This document shows, piece after piece, positions 1 to 9,803 of a stretch of 64,000 bases of DNA (positions within the stretch are counted from its first letter, which is position 1; each line of letters starts with the position of its first letter). The DNA is from Alphaproteobacteria bacterium (GTDB lineage: Bacteria > Pseudomonadota > Alphaproteobacteria > UBA8317). The DNA lies in the NCBI GenBank assembly GCA_038131935.1, contig JAYPQH010000027.1, forward strand, positions 19,376 to 83,375, given 5' to 3'. The notes beneath the pieces are model-generated. The model saw only the letters and a list, made by a program, of their open reading frames with translations, did no database searches and was not told the DNA's origin. A program made the position numbers and the translations under genes.

Positions 1-1323
1 CTGAACTTTCATATAGGAGCGATGTCCAATGCAGCCAACACGGTGGGCATTGATTTAAAAGCTCTTACTTCGCAGGCCTTGGGCATCAAAGCAGGTGTCA
101 TTATTCCAGAAATGACTGGCTCTGCAACAGATGTAGCACCTCTTGCCAATAGTTATGTGGTTAATAATGCAACAGCAACCTCGGCAAACTTGGAGATCAA
201 TTATAGCTTTAACGCAGGGGATACCTACAGCTTCAAAATTAATGGCCATACTGTGTCCATCACCGCTGATGCAGATGATGGCTATGCCAATAATATGGCT
301 GGACTCAATGCCCAAATGGTCGATGAAATCAACAGGATTTCAGGGGCGCAATTTGATGGAAGCAATAATTTTACCCAATCAGATTTGGGTTTTTACGCAA
401 CGCTTTCCAATACAGGAAAAGTAGCGATCAGCTATCCTGCACCCGTTGTGAGTGATGTTACTGATAGCAACACCCCAGCGACCTTTTCGGTGACCAACCA
501 AACGCTAACGCAATCAACTGTTGGGAATTCAGCTTCATTAAAAATCAATGGAACATCCGTCACGCTTCCTGCAGTTGCGTCTCCTTTCTCTAATGACGCA
601 GCTGGTTGGTCGGCACAGGCGGTACAAAAAATTGAGGATGCTGGGGTCTCTGGACTTACATTTGATACAACAACTGCTGGTTCCGTAACATTAACGTCTA
701 ATTTGGTCGTTTCCGATCTTGTAACCACGGCCCAAGTTGGTGATGATGTGGGACTCCAAATTCAAGGATCGAAGGTATCCGTCATAGGGGCAGCGTCGGT
801 AGGGGATAGCTTCAGTTTGGTGATTCCAACTGAGGCCATACCCAATGGAAAAACAATTACCGTGACCTTAGGCGCCACTGATGGAACCACTGCGGCAGAG
901 ATTGCCAGCCTTATCAAGGCAGAAATTTCAACAGCAATGACGAATGATACAAACTTTGTTGTGGAGGTTGTTGATAATCAAGATGGCTCATTAACCATTG
1001 TGGAGGCGACGAGTAATGGCATTGTTGTTGACAGCAACAGCACAGCCAATGCGTCTTTGGTGAAGGTTGAAAATGCACTTTCAACACTTGCAGAAGCTCG
1101 AGCAGAATTAGGTGCCATGGTTAATCGCATGGGCAGTGCCATTGAGAATTTGAGTTCAATTGCCGTAAATTCAGAATTAAGTCTTGGTCGCATCGTTGAT
1201 GCAGATTACGCTGTAGAAATGGCGAAGTTCACAACAGCTCAAATATTGGAACAAGCAGCCATGGCGATGATGGCGCAAGCCAACGCTTCAAAGCAGCAGG
1301 TCATGACCTTATTGCAAGGATAA
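1..1323 (+). CDS. fliC: Flagellin, 5'-truncated by the window edge, with a large variable region
   Basis: The frame is open from base 1 (LNFHIGA, resembling the end of the flagellin N-domain). C-terminus ARAELGAMVNRM...GRIVDADYAVEMAKFTTAQILEQAAMAMMAQAN is the flagellin C-terminal signature. Confidence 0.93.
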   Translation: MNFHIGAMSNAANTVGIDLKALTSQALGIKAGVIIPEMTGSATDVAPLANSYVVNNATATSANLEINYSFNAGDTYSFKINGHTVSITADADDGYANNMAGLNAQMVDEINRISGAQFDGSNNFTQSDLGFYATLSNTGKVAISYPAPVVSDVTDSNTPATFSVTNQTLTQSTVGNSASLKINGTSVTLPAVASPFSNDAAGWSAQAVQKIEDAGVSGLTFDTTTAGSVTLTSNLVVSDLVTTAQVGDDVGLQIQGSKVSVIGAASVGDSFSLVIPTEAIPNGKTITVTLGATDGTTAAEIASLIKAEISTAMTNDTNFVVEVVDNQDGSLTIVEATSNGIVVDSNSTANASLVKVENALSTLAEARAELGAMVNRMGSAIENLSSIAVNSELSLGRIVDADYAVEMAKFTTAQILEQAAMAMMAQANASKQQVMTLLQG

Positions 1324-1347
1324 TAAATGCTTTCATTTCCATTTTAT

Positions 1348-1384
1348 GCCGATGAACAACCCTTTCGCCTTGGTGTTCATCGGT
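1348..1384. terminator. Stem-loop between the convergent flagellin and aldolase genes
   Basis: Perfect 10-bp inverted repeat CCGATGAACA / TGTTCATCGG starting about 25 nt after the flagellin stop. No clean U-tract. Confidence 0.5.
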
Positions 1385-1449
1385 TGGGTAAGAGCAAAAG
1401 CGCGATAGCTGTTTCGCTTTTAAAGCCTCTCTTTTAACCTGGTAAGAAT

Positions 1450-2226
1450 TCAAGTTTTGTAGCTTGGATCTATTTGGTCAAGTTTTCGGCAGAGCGCGGC
1501 AAACTCTAACGCCCCATAGTCTGCTTCTGCAGCTGCAAAATTGTTCACATCATTACCTGACTTCTGAGCAACATCTTCTGGTATGATGCGCAACGTGCCC
1601 GCTGCACCTGCATCCAACTGAACTTGAGCGGCTCGTTCCAAACGATACAACCATAAAAATGCCTCTGGAATTGTTTTGCCAGTCGTCAGAAGGCCATGGT
1701 TTTCTAGGATCATCGCATGGTGAGCCCCTAAGCTTTCAATCAAACGTTCGCGCTCATCAAGGTAGAGGCTGACACCTTCATAGGTGTGATAGCTCAAGCG
1801 GTGATGTAATGCGGTTGAGCCCATAGAAATGGGCAATAGACCTTCTTTGACAGCGGCGATAGCCATACCCGCGCGTGAATGGGTGTGCATGACAACATGA
1901 TGTTCAGCATCTTCTGCCATGTGAATGGCAGAGTGAATAACAAAACCAGCAGCGTTCACGGGGTAGGGGTTTTCATCATCTACTTTGTTCCCATCAACGT
2001 CAATTTTAACAAGATTAGAGGCCGTAACTTCATCATAGCGTAGGCCATAAGGATTGATCAGGAAATGAACCTTATCCCCAGGAACACGTGCGGTAAGATG
2101 GCCATATATCAGCTCACACCATCCGAAATGATCCACAAGTCTATAGGCTGCGGCTAGCGCAACCCGCAGGTCCCACTCTTCTTGAGGTATGGCTTTTTGC
2201 CTTGTGAATTCAACAAATGCGTTCAT
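1450..2226 (-). CDS. Class II aldolase/adducin family protein
   Basis: Motifs LAAAYRL, YGHLTAR, FLINPYG, SNLVKID, GFVIHSAIH, MHTHS, NHGLLT. AGGAG RBS before ATG 2226. Confidence 0.9.
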   Translation of the reverse strand: MNAFVEFTRQKAIPQEEWDLRVALAAAYRLVDHFGWCELIYGHLTARVPGDKVHFLINPYGLRYDEVTASNLVKIDVDGNKVDDENPYPVNAAGFVIHSAIHMAEDAEHHVVMHTHSRAGMAIAAVKEGLLPISMGSTALHHRLSYHTYEGVSLYLDERERLIESLGAHHAMILENHGLLTTGKTIPEAFLWLYRLERAAQVQLDAGAAGTLRIIPEDVAQKSGNDVNNFAAAEADYGALEFAALCRKLDQIDPSYKT

Positions 2227-2321
2227 CTTCCCAACTCCTCTTAATTTTAAGGCTTGATACCCTTGGTTCACGGAGATGGTGCAGAATTATCTTTCTGTTG
2301 GCAATCAAATTTTCTTAACCC

Positions 2322-2353
2322 AAGCAACCAAGAGTAATTGCTCTTGGCTGCTT
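2322..2353 (-). terminator. Stem-loop downstream of the DapA-like gene
   Basis: Near-perfect inverted repeat AAGCAACCAAGAG / CTCTTGGCTGCTT just after the stop at 2362. Confidence 0.55.
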
Positions 2354-2361
2354 AGATACAA

Positions 2362-3258
2362 TCAGACCGAGAATCCATGTGGGGCTAAGTCGGCCAGCAA
2401 TTGATCCCGCTTTTCATCTGACATGGGACGGAAAGGGGGGCGCAACTTCGCCCAATTTGCCTCACCAGTGGATTTGGCCAAGATGGCTTTCTGCGCTGGT
2501 ATAGGTGCATAATCCTGAAACAAAACACGAACCGCACGAACGGTTTGGTGTAAGCTTTCAGCTTCTTCCCACTGTCCAGAATGACAAAGATCAATCACTT
2601 TGCCGATATTGGTGGGGTTGAGGTTGGCGGTTGCAGAGATACATCCTGGAGCGCCCAATTTGATGGCGTCGATGACGGGAAGCTCCGAACCGGGATAGAC
2701 AATCAATCCCTCAATAGCCAAAAGCTTTTGCGTATTTTCCCAGTTGCCAGAGCTATCTTTGATGCCAACAATTACCTCTGGAAAACTATTATGTAAGCGT
2801 TGTACCAAATCTATCGACAATCCTACCCCTGATACTTGAGGGATATGGTACAGATAGATTTTTAAATTGGGACGATCAATTTCCTGGATAAGGCTTGCAT
2901 AATAATCAAACAAACCTTCATCACTCATGCCTTTGAAGTAAAAGGGAGGTAAGGTCATAACCCCTGCACAGCCTAAGTCCATGGCATGTTGGCAAAGGAT
3001 CGTGGTGTCTGCAATGTTGCACAAACCAGTGCCAGGTATGAGAACAGATGCATCTATGCCGGCATCTACAAGCCCATCAAGTGCGTCCATACGCTCTTGG
3101 TTGCCTACGGATAATGCTTCCCCAGTGGTTCCAAAAGGGGCGAGGCCAGAACATCCATTTGCCAATAGATGCAGAGCCAGCTTGTTGTACAATTCTTGGT
3201 CGACTTTGGTGTCAGACGAAAATGGGGTCAGGATTGGCGCAATGAGTCCTTTGATCAT
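2362..3258 (-). CDS. Dihydrodipicolinate synthase/N-acetylneuraminate lyase family (DapA-like) aldolase
   Basis: GTTGE, LPPFYF, YHIPQVSG, GIKDSSG (Schiff-base Lys). Probable start ATG 3258 after GAGG. Confidence 0.88.
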   Translation of the reverse strand: MIKGLIAPILTPFSSDTKVDQELYNKLALHLLANGCSGLAPFGTTGEALSVGNQERMDALDGLVDAGIDASVLIPGTGLCNIADTTILCQHAMDLGCAGVMTLPPFYFKGMSDEGLFDYYASLIQEIDRPNLKIYLYHIPQVSGVGLSIDLVQRLHNSFPEVIVGIKDSSGNWENTQKLLAIEGLIVYPGSELPVIDAIKLGAPGCISATANLNPTNIGKVIDLCHSGQWEEAESLHQTVRAVRVLFQDYAPIPAQKAILAKSTGEANWAKLRPPFRPMSDEKRDQLLADLAPHGFSV

Positions 3259-3407
3259 GACGGTCACCTCAAATGGTCAGGTTGATGAAAAACGTTCGTA
3301 AGGTTTCACATCTAGGCGATTTTTCCTAGAGGAGATTTACCAAAAATATCTTGCCTGGAAAGCTTCGAACATGCTCCCCTTATGCATATCAACAAAAGAG
3401 GTGTCAC

Positions 3408-4187
3408 ATGACAGGGCGTTTGCAAAACAAAAGAGGTTTAATCACAGCTGCAGCTTCAGGCATGGGACGTGCTGGCGCAGAAATGTTTGCGGCACAGGGT
3501 GCATCTGTTGCTCTTGCTGATCACAATACACAGGAACTTGAGAAACTGGTTGCTCATATTCAAAACAATGGAGGAAAAGCGGTTGCGTTGCCTGGAGACC
3601 TCTCTGACGTGGAACGTGCAAAAACCATTGCTGATGACGCGGCATCACATTTAGGGGGCTTGGATTTTGTTTGGAACCATTTGGGCCATCCTGGGCCTGG
3701 TCGTGTTGAGGGAATGGATCAGAACGACTTCAATCTTGCGGTTGATTTGAATATGCGCTCTGTATTTGCAACCACTGAAGCCGCGCTTCGTTATTTGCGG
3801 CAAAGTTCTGGGGGGAGTATTTTGTACACAGCTTCCACGGGAGGTCTTGTAGGATCTCGTTATTCGCCTGTCTACTCTGCCATGAAACATGCTGTTGTTG
3901 GTTACATGAAATCCCTTGCATTACGGGTCGCTGCAGATGGTATTCGTGTTAACGCTCTGTGCCCTGGTCCTATTGAAACCCCTATGTTTGGGGTTTTTGG
4001 AAGTCGCCCAGATCAACCCCAACGTAGCCTAGATGAGGTTCGTCAAGCAGCTGAGCGTATTGTGCCCTTGGGGCGGATAGGTCAGCCAGAAGAGGTCGCA
4101 CATGCAGCTCTGTTTCTGTTGTCGGATGAGGCGTCATTCATTACCGGCGCTACCTTAGCGGTAGATGGTGGTTTTACTGCTGGATAA
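3408..4187 (+). CDS. Short-chain dehydrogenase/reductase (SDR)
   Basis: ITAAASGMG, YSAMK catalytic YxxxK, IRVNALCPG, VDGG. Confidence 0.92.
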   Translation: MTGRLQNKRGLITAAASGMGRAGAEMFAAQGASVALADHNTQELEKLVAHIQNNGGKAVALPGDLSDVERAKTIADDAASHLGGLDFVWNHLGHPGPGRVEGMDQNDFNLAVDLNMRSVFATTEAALRYLRQSSGGSILYTASTGGLVGSRYSPVYSAMKHAVVGYMKSLALRVAADGIRVNALCPGPIETPMFGVFGSRPDQPQRSLDEVRQAAERIVPLGRIGQPEEVAHAALFLLSDEASFITGATLAVDGGFTAG

Positions 4188-5987
4188 TCAGCTTCGCGCC
4201 AGTTCGTCTTGAGCAATTTGTAAGGCCAAATATTTCGAAAATTGTCTGCATTGCGAGAACGCGCCAGCGGTGAACCATAAACCTTCCTGAGCCGTACGTG
4301 TCCACATGTTTGACAATTCTTGGCGGTTTCCAAAGCCCCAAATCTTGCCGACCTTTTTTGCGACATCTGGCCCAAATAAGTCCAAAACCATGGATTCTGG
4401 TCCTTCATAGCCTGTGGCCAAAACCAGCAATTCAGCGGTCTTTTCATCTCCATTGGTCATTTTAAGGCCTTTGGGGGTAAAGGCTTCGATGTCTTGGCTG
4501 GCCATTAATTTGATTTCGCCATTAATCAACAATTCTGAGCAGCCTATATTGAAATAATAACCTCCCCCTCGGTTACGGTACAAAAGGGGCCAACCGGTAT
4601 CATCTGGACCAAAATACAAACGGAAACCTACCTTTTCCAAACCCTCAAGGAGTTCTTTGTCCAGTTTCTTGCTTTCTGCTGTGATCAACTTGTGCATCTC
4701 AATCATAGGTTCAAGCGGTGTTGCAATGGCAAGAATATCCCTATCCTCGAGGCTCGGTCCTGGGGTGAGCAAAAGGCTGTCATACAGCTGGGCTGATGGT
4801 TCTACATTGGTGATCAGTGTGGGGCTGCGTTGTATCATGGTGACATGAGCGCCATGGCCATGAAGTTCTTGAGAGATATCGTGGCTACTTGTGCCTGTGC
4901 CCATAACCAATACAGACTTATCACGGTAGCGTTCAGCATCATGAAATTGGCTCGAGTGGAGAACATCACCTTCAAATGAATCTAGCCCTGGAAGTGAAGG
5001 GATCTTGGGTTTGTTGCTTACGCTTGTGGCCATGATGATATGACGGGGATACATATGACGAATATTTCCATCTTTTGTGCGAAGTTGGACCTCCCATTTT
5101 TGGTCATGATCAAGGCGTTTTGCGCCAAGGAAATCTGTTTGGGTCCAAAAATTGATTTCCATGGCTTCGACATAGAATTCCAGCCAATTCGCAATTTTAT
5201 CTTTGGGTATGTATAAAGGCCAAGTTTTGGGGAATGGAAGAAAAGGAAGATGGTTGGAGTCTTTTTGATTGTGAAGCGACAGGGTGTGGTAACGTTTGCG
5301 CCAATTGTCTCCAATTCTCTCCATGCGGTCTACAACCAGACAATCAATTCCTAAATTTCCCAATTGTGCAGCTGCGGTTAAACCGGCATGGCCACCTCCA
5401 ACAATCAAAACCGTTGGTTCATGTTGTTCGTAAGCTGCAGATTTTTTTCGTTCATCCAACCAATTTGGACCGGTAAAATCACGAGCGTAGGGATCATTGC
5501 GCTGCTGATCGGGTTCAGTGTTGGGGGTGATATCATCAAGTTGGGCAAGAGCCGTCATGATGGTCCATGCACGTAGTTGGTCATTTTCCAGTATAAAACG
5601 CAGGACAGCCTCTCCTGAGCCACCATCCCATTCAAAAGCAGCAATAACCTCAAGGACATCCCGTCCCGCGCGCTTTACCCATCTGATGGGTTCACGCTTG
5701 GTATCTATATGGAAGTTTGCTGCTTTTTTGTGCGGCTGGGTCTCAGACCATTTTTGGTTCATTTCCTCAAGGCCTGAACATGTATCAATCACCCGTCCAA
5801 AGGCTACAATATCACGCCAATGGGCATCTTGAAGAAAGAGTCCTGTCTGAGAAAGCTTGCAACTGGAGCCACTGGCTTTGGTAATCAACCACTGGTTAAA
5901 TTCATGAAACCATTGATTCACATCATCAGTTGTCACGGGATCAGATCCCTTGGCATGAGCTTCAGAGAGGATATTAACATTGTTCAT
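4188..5987 (-). CDS. Flavin-containing monooxygenase with an N-terminal extension (type II FMO-like)
   Basis: GGGHAG and GTGTSS Rossmann motifs, GDNWRKRY, FEGDVLHSSQF fingerprint, ATGY. N-terminal WRDIVAF domain. The start could be as far upstream as 6044. Confidence 0.85.
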   Translation of the reverse strand: MNNVNILSEAHAKGSDPVTTDDVNQWFHEFNQWLITKASGSSCKLSQTGLFLQDAHWRDIVAFGRVIDTCSGLEEMNQKWSETQPHKKAANFHIDTKREPIRWVKRAGRDVLEVIAAFEWDGGSGEAVLRFILENDQLRAWTIMTALAQLDDITPNTEPDQQRNDPYARDFTGPNWLDERKKSAAYEQHEPTVLIVGGGHAGLTAAAQLGNLGIDCLVVDRMERIGDNWRKRYHTLSLHNQKDSNHLPFLPFPKTWPLYIPKDKIANWLEFYVEAMEINFWTQTDFLGAKRLDHDQKWEVQLRTKDGNIRHMYPRHIIMATSVSNKPKIPSLPGLDSFEGDVLHSSQFHDAERYRDKSVLVMGTGTSSHDISQELHGHGAHVTMIQRSPTLITNVEPSAQLYDSLLLTPGPSLEDRDILAIATPLEPMIEMHKLITAESKKLDKELLEGLEKVGFRLYFGPDDTGWPLLYRNRGGGYYFNIGCSELLINGEIKLMASQDIEAFTPKGLKMTNGDEKTAELLVLATGYEGPESMVLDLFGPDVAKKVGKIWGFGNRQELSNMWTRTAQEGLWFTAGAFSQCRQFSKYLALQIAQDELARS

Positions 5988-6079
5988 ATTGTTGCCTGTA
6001 AGATCAAAACGGAATGTTACGAGTGTAAAAGTTTGATCTTCCAATGCAAGAGCTTAGTTGGTGCCTGTGACAACAGTTT

Positions 6080-7129
6080 TTATGATGTTGTGGGTTTTGG
6101 CCGGTCCACGAAATAGTCTGTTATACCAGCGGCAAGCCACATAAACAGCAAAGCTACCCATGCTGTAACAGCCATCACAGCGCCGCCAGTGATACCCGCA
6201 CCAACTGCACAACCACCCGCCATCATGCCACCATACCCCATCAAACAGGCGCCGATGAGATAACGTGAAAGACCTGTTTCATGGGTGAAGGTTGCAATAG
6301 AGAATTGCCCAGTTGCCTGCGCTGCACAAAAACTTCCCACAAAAACACCCAATACGATACCAATATCAAACTCGAGTGGGATCATAGGGCTATTGATCAA
6401 ACCCATAAGCGTATCGGCCGAGGGCCCGGTAAAACTTACGGACTTGATGGGAACCAGTTCAAAAGACCAGCCTGCATGCCACGCCGTGATGCCCCAGCCC
6501 ATCGCGACACTGAGACCCACAAGAATTGCAAAAATATAACGCTTGACGCTTGTGTCGGACCGTTGGGCAAACCAAATCGCGACACCAAATAGGATAACCG
6601 CAAAGATCAATGCGCCATGGGCGGGAAGGTGGTTCGTGAGATCTCGATCAAACGGTGCGACCAGCCACCAGCTCGATATCTCCATACGGCTAGGCGATAG
6701 AGCACCGCGCAAGCTGGCTTGTGAAATGACGGTGACCACCAAGCCTGTGAGCAGTGCCCGAAGGTTACCAGTAGCCGATAACACCAACAACCGACTTGCA
6801 CAGCCCCGCGCCAAAATCATGCCAATACCGAACATAGACCCCCCAATAATGGCGCCTGAGAGGGATCCTGTTGTTGCCAATTGTCGTATGTCAGCACGCG
6901 GTAGCCATTCAATGCTGACAAGCCATTGTGTGCAAAACAGCGCCGTTGCAAAAGTGAATAGCCAAATGGCGAATTTGGAACCTGATTGACCACGCCAGAA
7001 TTCAATGCAAGCTGAGCGAAGACAAAATTGGCTTTGTTGGGCACAAGCACCAAAAAGGAGGCCTGTGATCAGGCCAATAATCAGCGACACCTCACCGGCT
7101 GAATAGGCCTCAAGCCAAGCGCCAAACAT
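6080..7129 (-). CDS. YeeE/YedE family membrane protein (sulfur-compound transporter family)
   Basis: Multiple TM segments with Cys motifs FCLRSAC, LARGCASR and MAGGCAVG. AAGGAG RBS before ATG 7129. Confidence 0.85.
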   Translation of the reverse strand: MFGAWLEAYSAGEVSLIIGLITGLLFGACAQQSQFCLRSACIEFWRGQSGSKFAIWLFTFATALFCTQWLVSIEWLPRADIRQLATTGSLSGAIIGGSMFGIGMILARGCASRLLVLSATGNLRALLTGLVVTVISQASLRGALSPSRMEISSWWLVAPFDRDLTNHLPAHGALIFAVILFGVAIWFAQRSDTSVKRYIFAILVGLSVAMGWGITAWHAGWSFELVPIKSVSFTGPSADTLMGLINSPMIPLEFDIGIVLGVFVGSFCAAQATGQFSIATFTHETGLSRYLIGACLMGYGGMMAGGCAVGAGITGGAVMAVTAWVALLFMWLAAGITDYFVDRPKPTTS

Positions 7130-7254
7130 GTGTCTCTCCTTATTATGCAATCCTATGGGATGGCTACATCCCAATCATAGATGGAGAAACTACACAAGTC
7201 TTGTGGGGTTTTCCAGATGTCTAACCTTACCCCAAGTCCCAAAGCTCAAATGTT

Positions 7255-8336
7255 CTATGCGTTGAGACGCCGTTTCCGTTGGGCATCATGTAGTAAGGCT
7301 GCCATGCGGTAAAATCCATGCATCATTTTGGAGAAAGGTAGCGTGACAAAGAATGCCATGACCAAGGACAGATGGATGGCAAGAAAGGTCGAAACGGCAG
7401 AAGTCCCCGTAGCGGCATACAACATGAGTCCAGACAGACCAACAAGACCCGTTAACATGACAAATGCTTGGTCTCCAGTCGTTGTCGATACCGACCCAAG
7501 TTCAGGGTCTGCTTTGCTTCTCATAAACCATAACCCCAAAGAACCAATCGTCAGTAAAACCCCACCAGATATTCCAAAAATTTTGGGCAAAGTCCAAATG
7601 CCGTAAGGTGCAGGCCAATCAAACCATAATGCATAATGGTGGCAACCGATGTAGAGGCGAAGCATAATAAGAACCCAAAAAGAACTGCTTGATGCGCATG
7701 CCTGCGGCCATTAGAGTATCGGTCTTTTTTCTCAAAATTACAGCCAAGTTCTTGACCGCCTTTAAGGTTGCGCATCGTAGCCACGGCGCGTGAGGCCTCG
7801 AAAATATCTTGAAGATGTAACATCCCACCCCCAACAAATTTCCAATAGGAGTGAACGGACCAAATACCCAACGCCAGGGGAAGCAAAAAAGCTGGTGCAA
7901 AAATGGCAACCATGACATTATGGGATAGGTAGCCATAAAACCCTAACCCTTCAGGATTGGGAAACTGCATCATGGCCCCGATGAGAAAGAGGAAACTCAG
8001 GGAAACAATAGATACCCAAGCAGCTGCATGAGTCGATATCCATTTGGCCAATTGTTTGGGCTTTGCAAACTCAATCCATGAGGCATGACGCAATTCTGCC
8101 AGGGTGCCGGGCAAATTGATCGCAAATTCATGAGGTGGGGTATATTGACAGGCATAATAACATCCCCGGCAATTATGACATAAATTTGCCAATTGGATCA
8201 TGTCATGATCTTGATGTTCTCTTTTCGCGGATACAGCCGGGAATACAGCGCAGTAAGATGAACAAAAACGACAAGCGTTGCAGATGGAAATTTGTCGGTT
8301 TGCTTCTTTCGTAAGGGCAACCAAATCAAGCTGCAT
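7255..8336 (-). CDS. tcuB: Tricarballylate utilization 4Fe-4S membrane protein TcuB (one frameshift near 7622, probably a sequencing error)
   Basis: CNACRFCSSYC and CHNCRGCYYAC motifs, C-terminal LPFSKMMHGFYR. Adding one T to the run GGTTTGAT joins ORFs 7551..8336 and 7255..7665. Confidence 0.85.
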
Positions 8337-9744
8337 AATGTGATGCTCCTTTCCCAGCTAAGCGGCCAAATACGGTTCCAATTGTCATGCCAAAACCCGC
8401 CAAGTAGCCTTGCCCCAAAATACTTCCCGCCATGATTTCTCCTGCCGCCCAAATATTTTCAAAACGGCCTGTTTCATGATGGACACGGGCTTCTTCATCA
8501 ACTTTGAGACCCAGATAAGTAAATGTTACGCCAGGGCGTAATGAGTACGCATAAAAAGGTGGCTCCAAAATAGGACGGGCCCAATTTGTTTTGTTGATCT
8601 CAAGTCCCTTGGTGCTTAACCCGTCAAGTTCTGTTGGGTGAAAAGAACCTTCTTGGCATGCGGCGTTGTAAGCCGTGATTGTCTCTTCAAGTTTTTGCCC
8701 TGGTAGCCCAAGAACCTGAGCCAAGCCTCCTATGGTGTCAGCTGTCTCAGGGGGGAAAACGGAAGGCATGAACAGATCTCGTGAGCGGCTATCGATGATA
8801 GAAAATGCGATTTGGTCAGGCTGTGCAGCCACCAAACGTCCCCAAATTGCATAACGCTTCGGCCAAACGTCTTCACCTTCGTCGTAAAAACGTTCACCTT
8901 TATTGTTCACCACCACCGAGAAAGGAACACAATCAAGTCGCGTTACAATCCCACCATCAAATTTGGGTGCGCGTCCGTCAATGGCTACCGCGTGACATTG
9001 GGTAGGGTCTCCCACTGTCGAGGCGCCTTGGTCCATCATGTCGCGCAGTACAACCCCACGATTGTAAGGGGTGCCCCGAATAAGAAAGTTTTCTGCAGCT
9101 GGTCCCCAAGCCCGTGCCAACCATTCAAGATCAGCTTGAAATCCTCCTGATGCAAGCACCAGTGATTTTGCAGAAAAGGTTTGCCGGCCTTCTGGTCCTT
9201 CTGCTTCAATATGGGTAAATGCCAAGCCTTCAAGCCCTACATGGGTAACAGACGTTTCGTAGCGCACATCAACGCCAAAGTCTTCAGCGGTGTTGTATAA
9301 GGCATTCACAACTGCTTTGCCGCCCCCCAGAAAAAAGGCATTGGTGCGCGACAATGATAATGTACCCGCTAGAGATGGTTGAAAGCGTACGCCTTGTTGT
9401 TCAAGCCACGGCAAACAATCCTCAGATGATCGAATGGCAAGACGCGCAAGCGTTTCGTCGGTTTGCCCTGCGGTAACGCGCAAAAGATCATCATAATATT
9501 CATCTTCGTCATAGGTGCCACTTAGGACCGACATAGGGCCATCATGTTTGCAACGGAAATTGCGGGTGTGGCGACTGTTTCCGCCCCGATAGACCTTTGG
9601 GGCAGATTCCAAAACAATCACTTTCGCGCCATTGCGTGCGGCGGTGACCGCAGCGCAGAGGGCAGCATTGCCTCCGCCCACAACAATGACATCATAGATT
9701 TGATCAGTATGTTTGGAAGATGAGGTCGACGAAGCGTGATGCAT
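8326..9744 (-). CDS. tcuA: FAD-dependent tricarballylate dehydrogenase TcuA family
   Basis: GGGNAALCAA, RGGNSRHTRN, FFLGGGK, PKFDGGIVTRLD, DEGEDVWPKRYAIWG, GYLAGFGMTIG. Overlaps the tcuB start. Confidence 0.92.
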   Translation of the reverse strand: MHHASSTSSSKHTDQIYDVIVVGGGNAALCAAVTAARNGAKVIVLESAPKVYRGGNSRHTRNFRCKHDGPMSVLSGTYDEDEYYDDLLRVTAGQTDETLARLAIRSSEDCLPWLEQQGVRFQPSLAGTLSLSRTNAFFLGGGKAVVNALYNTAEDFGVDVRYETSVTHVGLEGLAFTHIEAEGPEGRQTFSAKSLVLASGGFQADLEWLARAWGPAAENFLIRGTPYNRGVVLRDMMDQGASTVGDPTQCHAVAIDGRAPKFDGGIVTRLDCVPFSVVVNNKGERFYDEGEDVWPKRYAIWGRLVAAQPDQIAFSIIDSRSRDLFMPSVFPPETADTIGGLAQVLGLPGQKLEETITAYNAACQEGSFHPTELDGLSTKGLEINKTNWARPILEPPFYAYSLRPGVTFTYLGLKVDEEARVHHETGRFENIWAAGEIMAGSILGQGYLAGFGMTIGTVFGRLAGKGASHYAA

Positions 9745-9803
9745 AAGTTTGAACTCACTGAAATGGCTATTGATGGTTTGATTAGAGATTTGCGATGTAG
9801 AGG

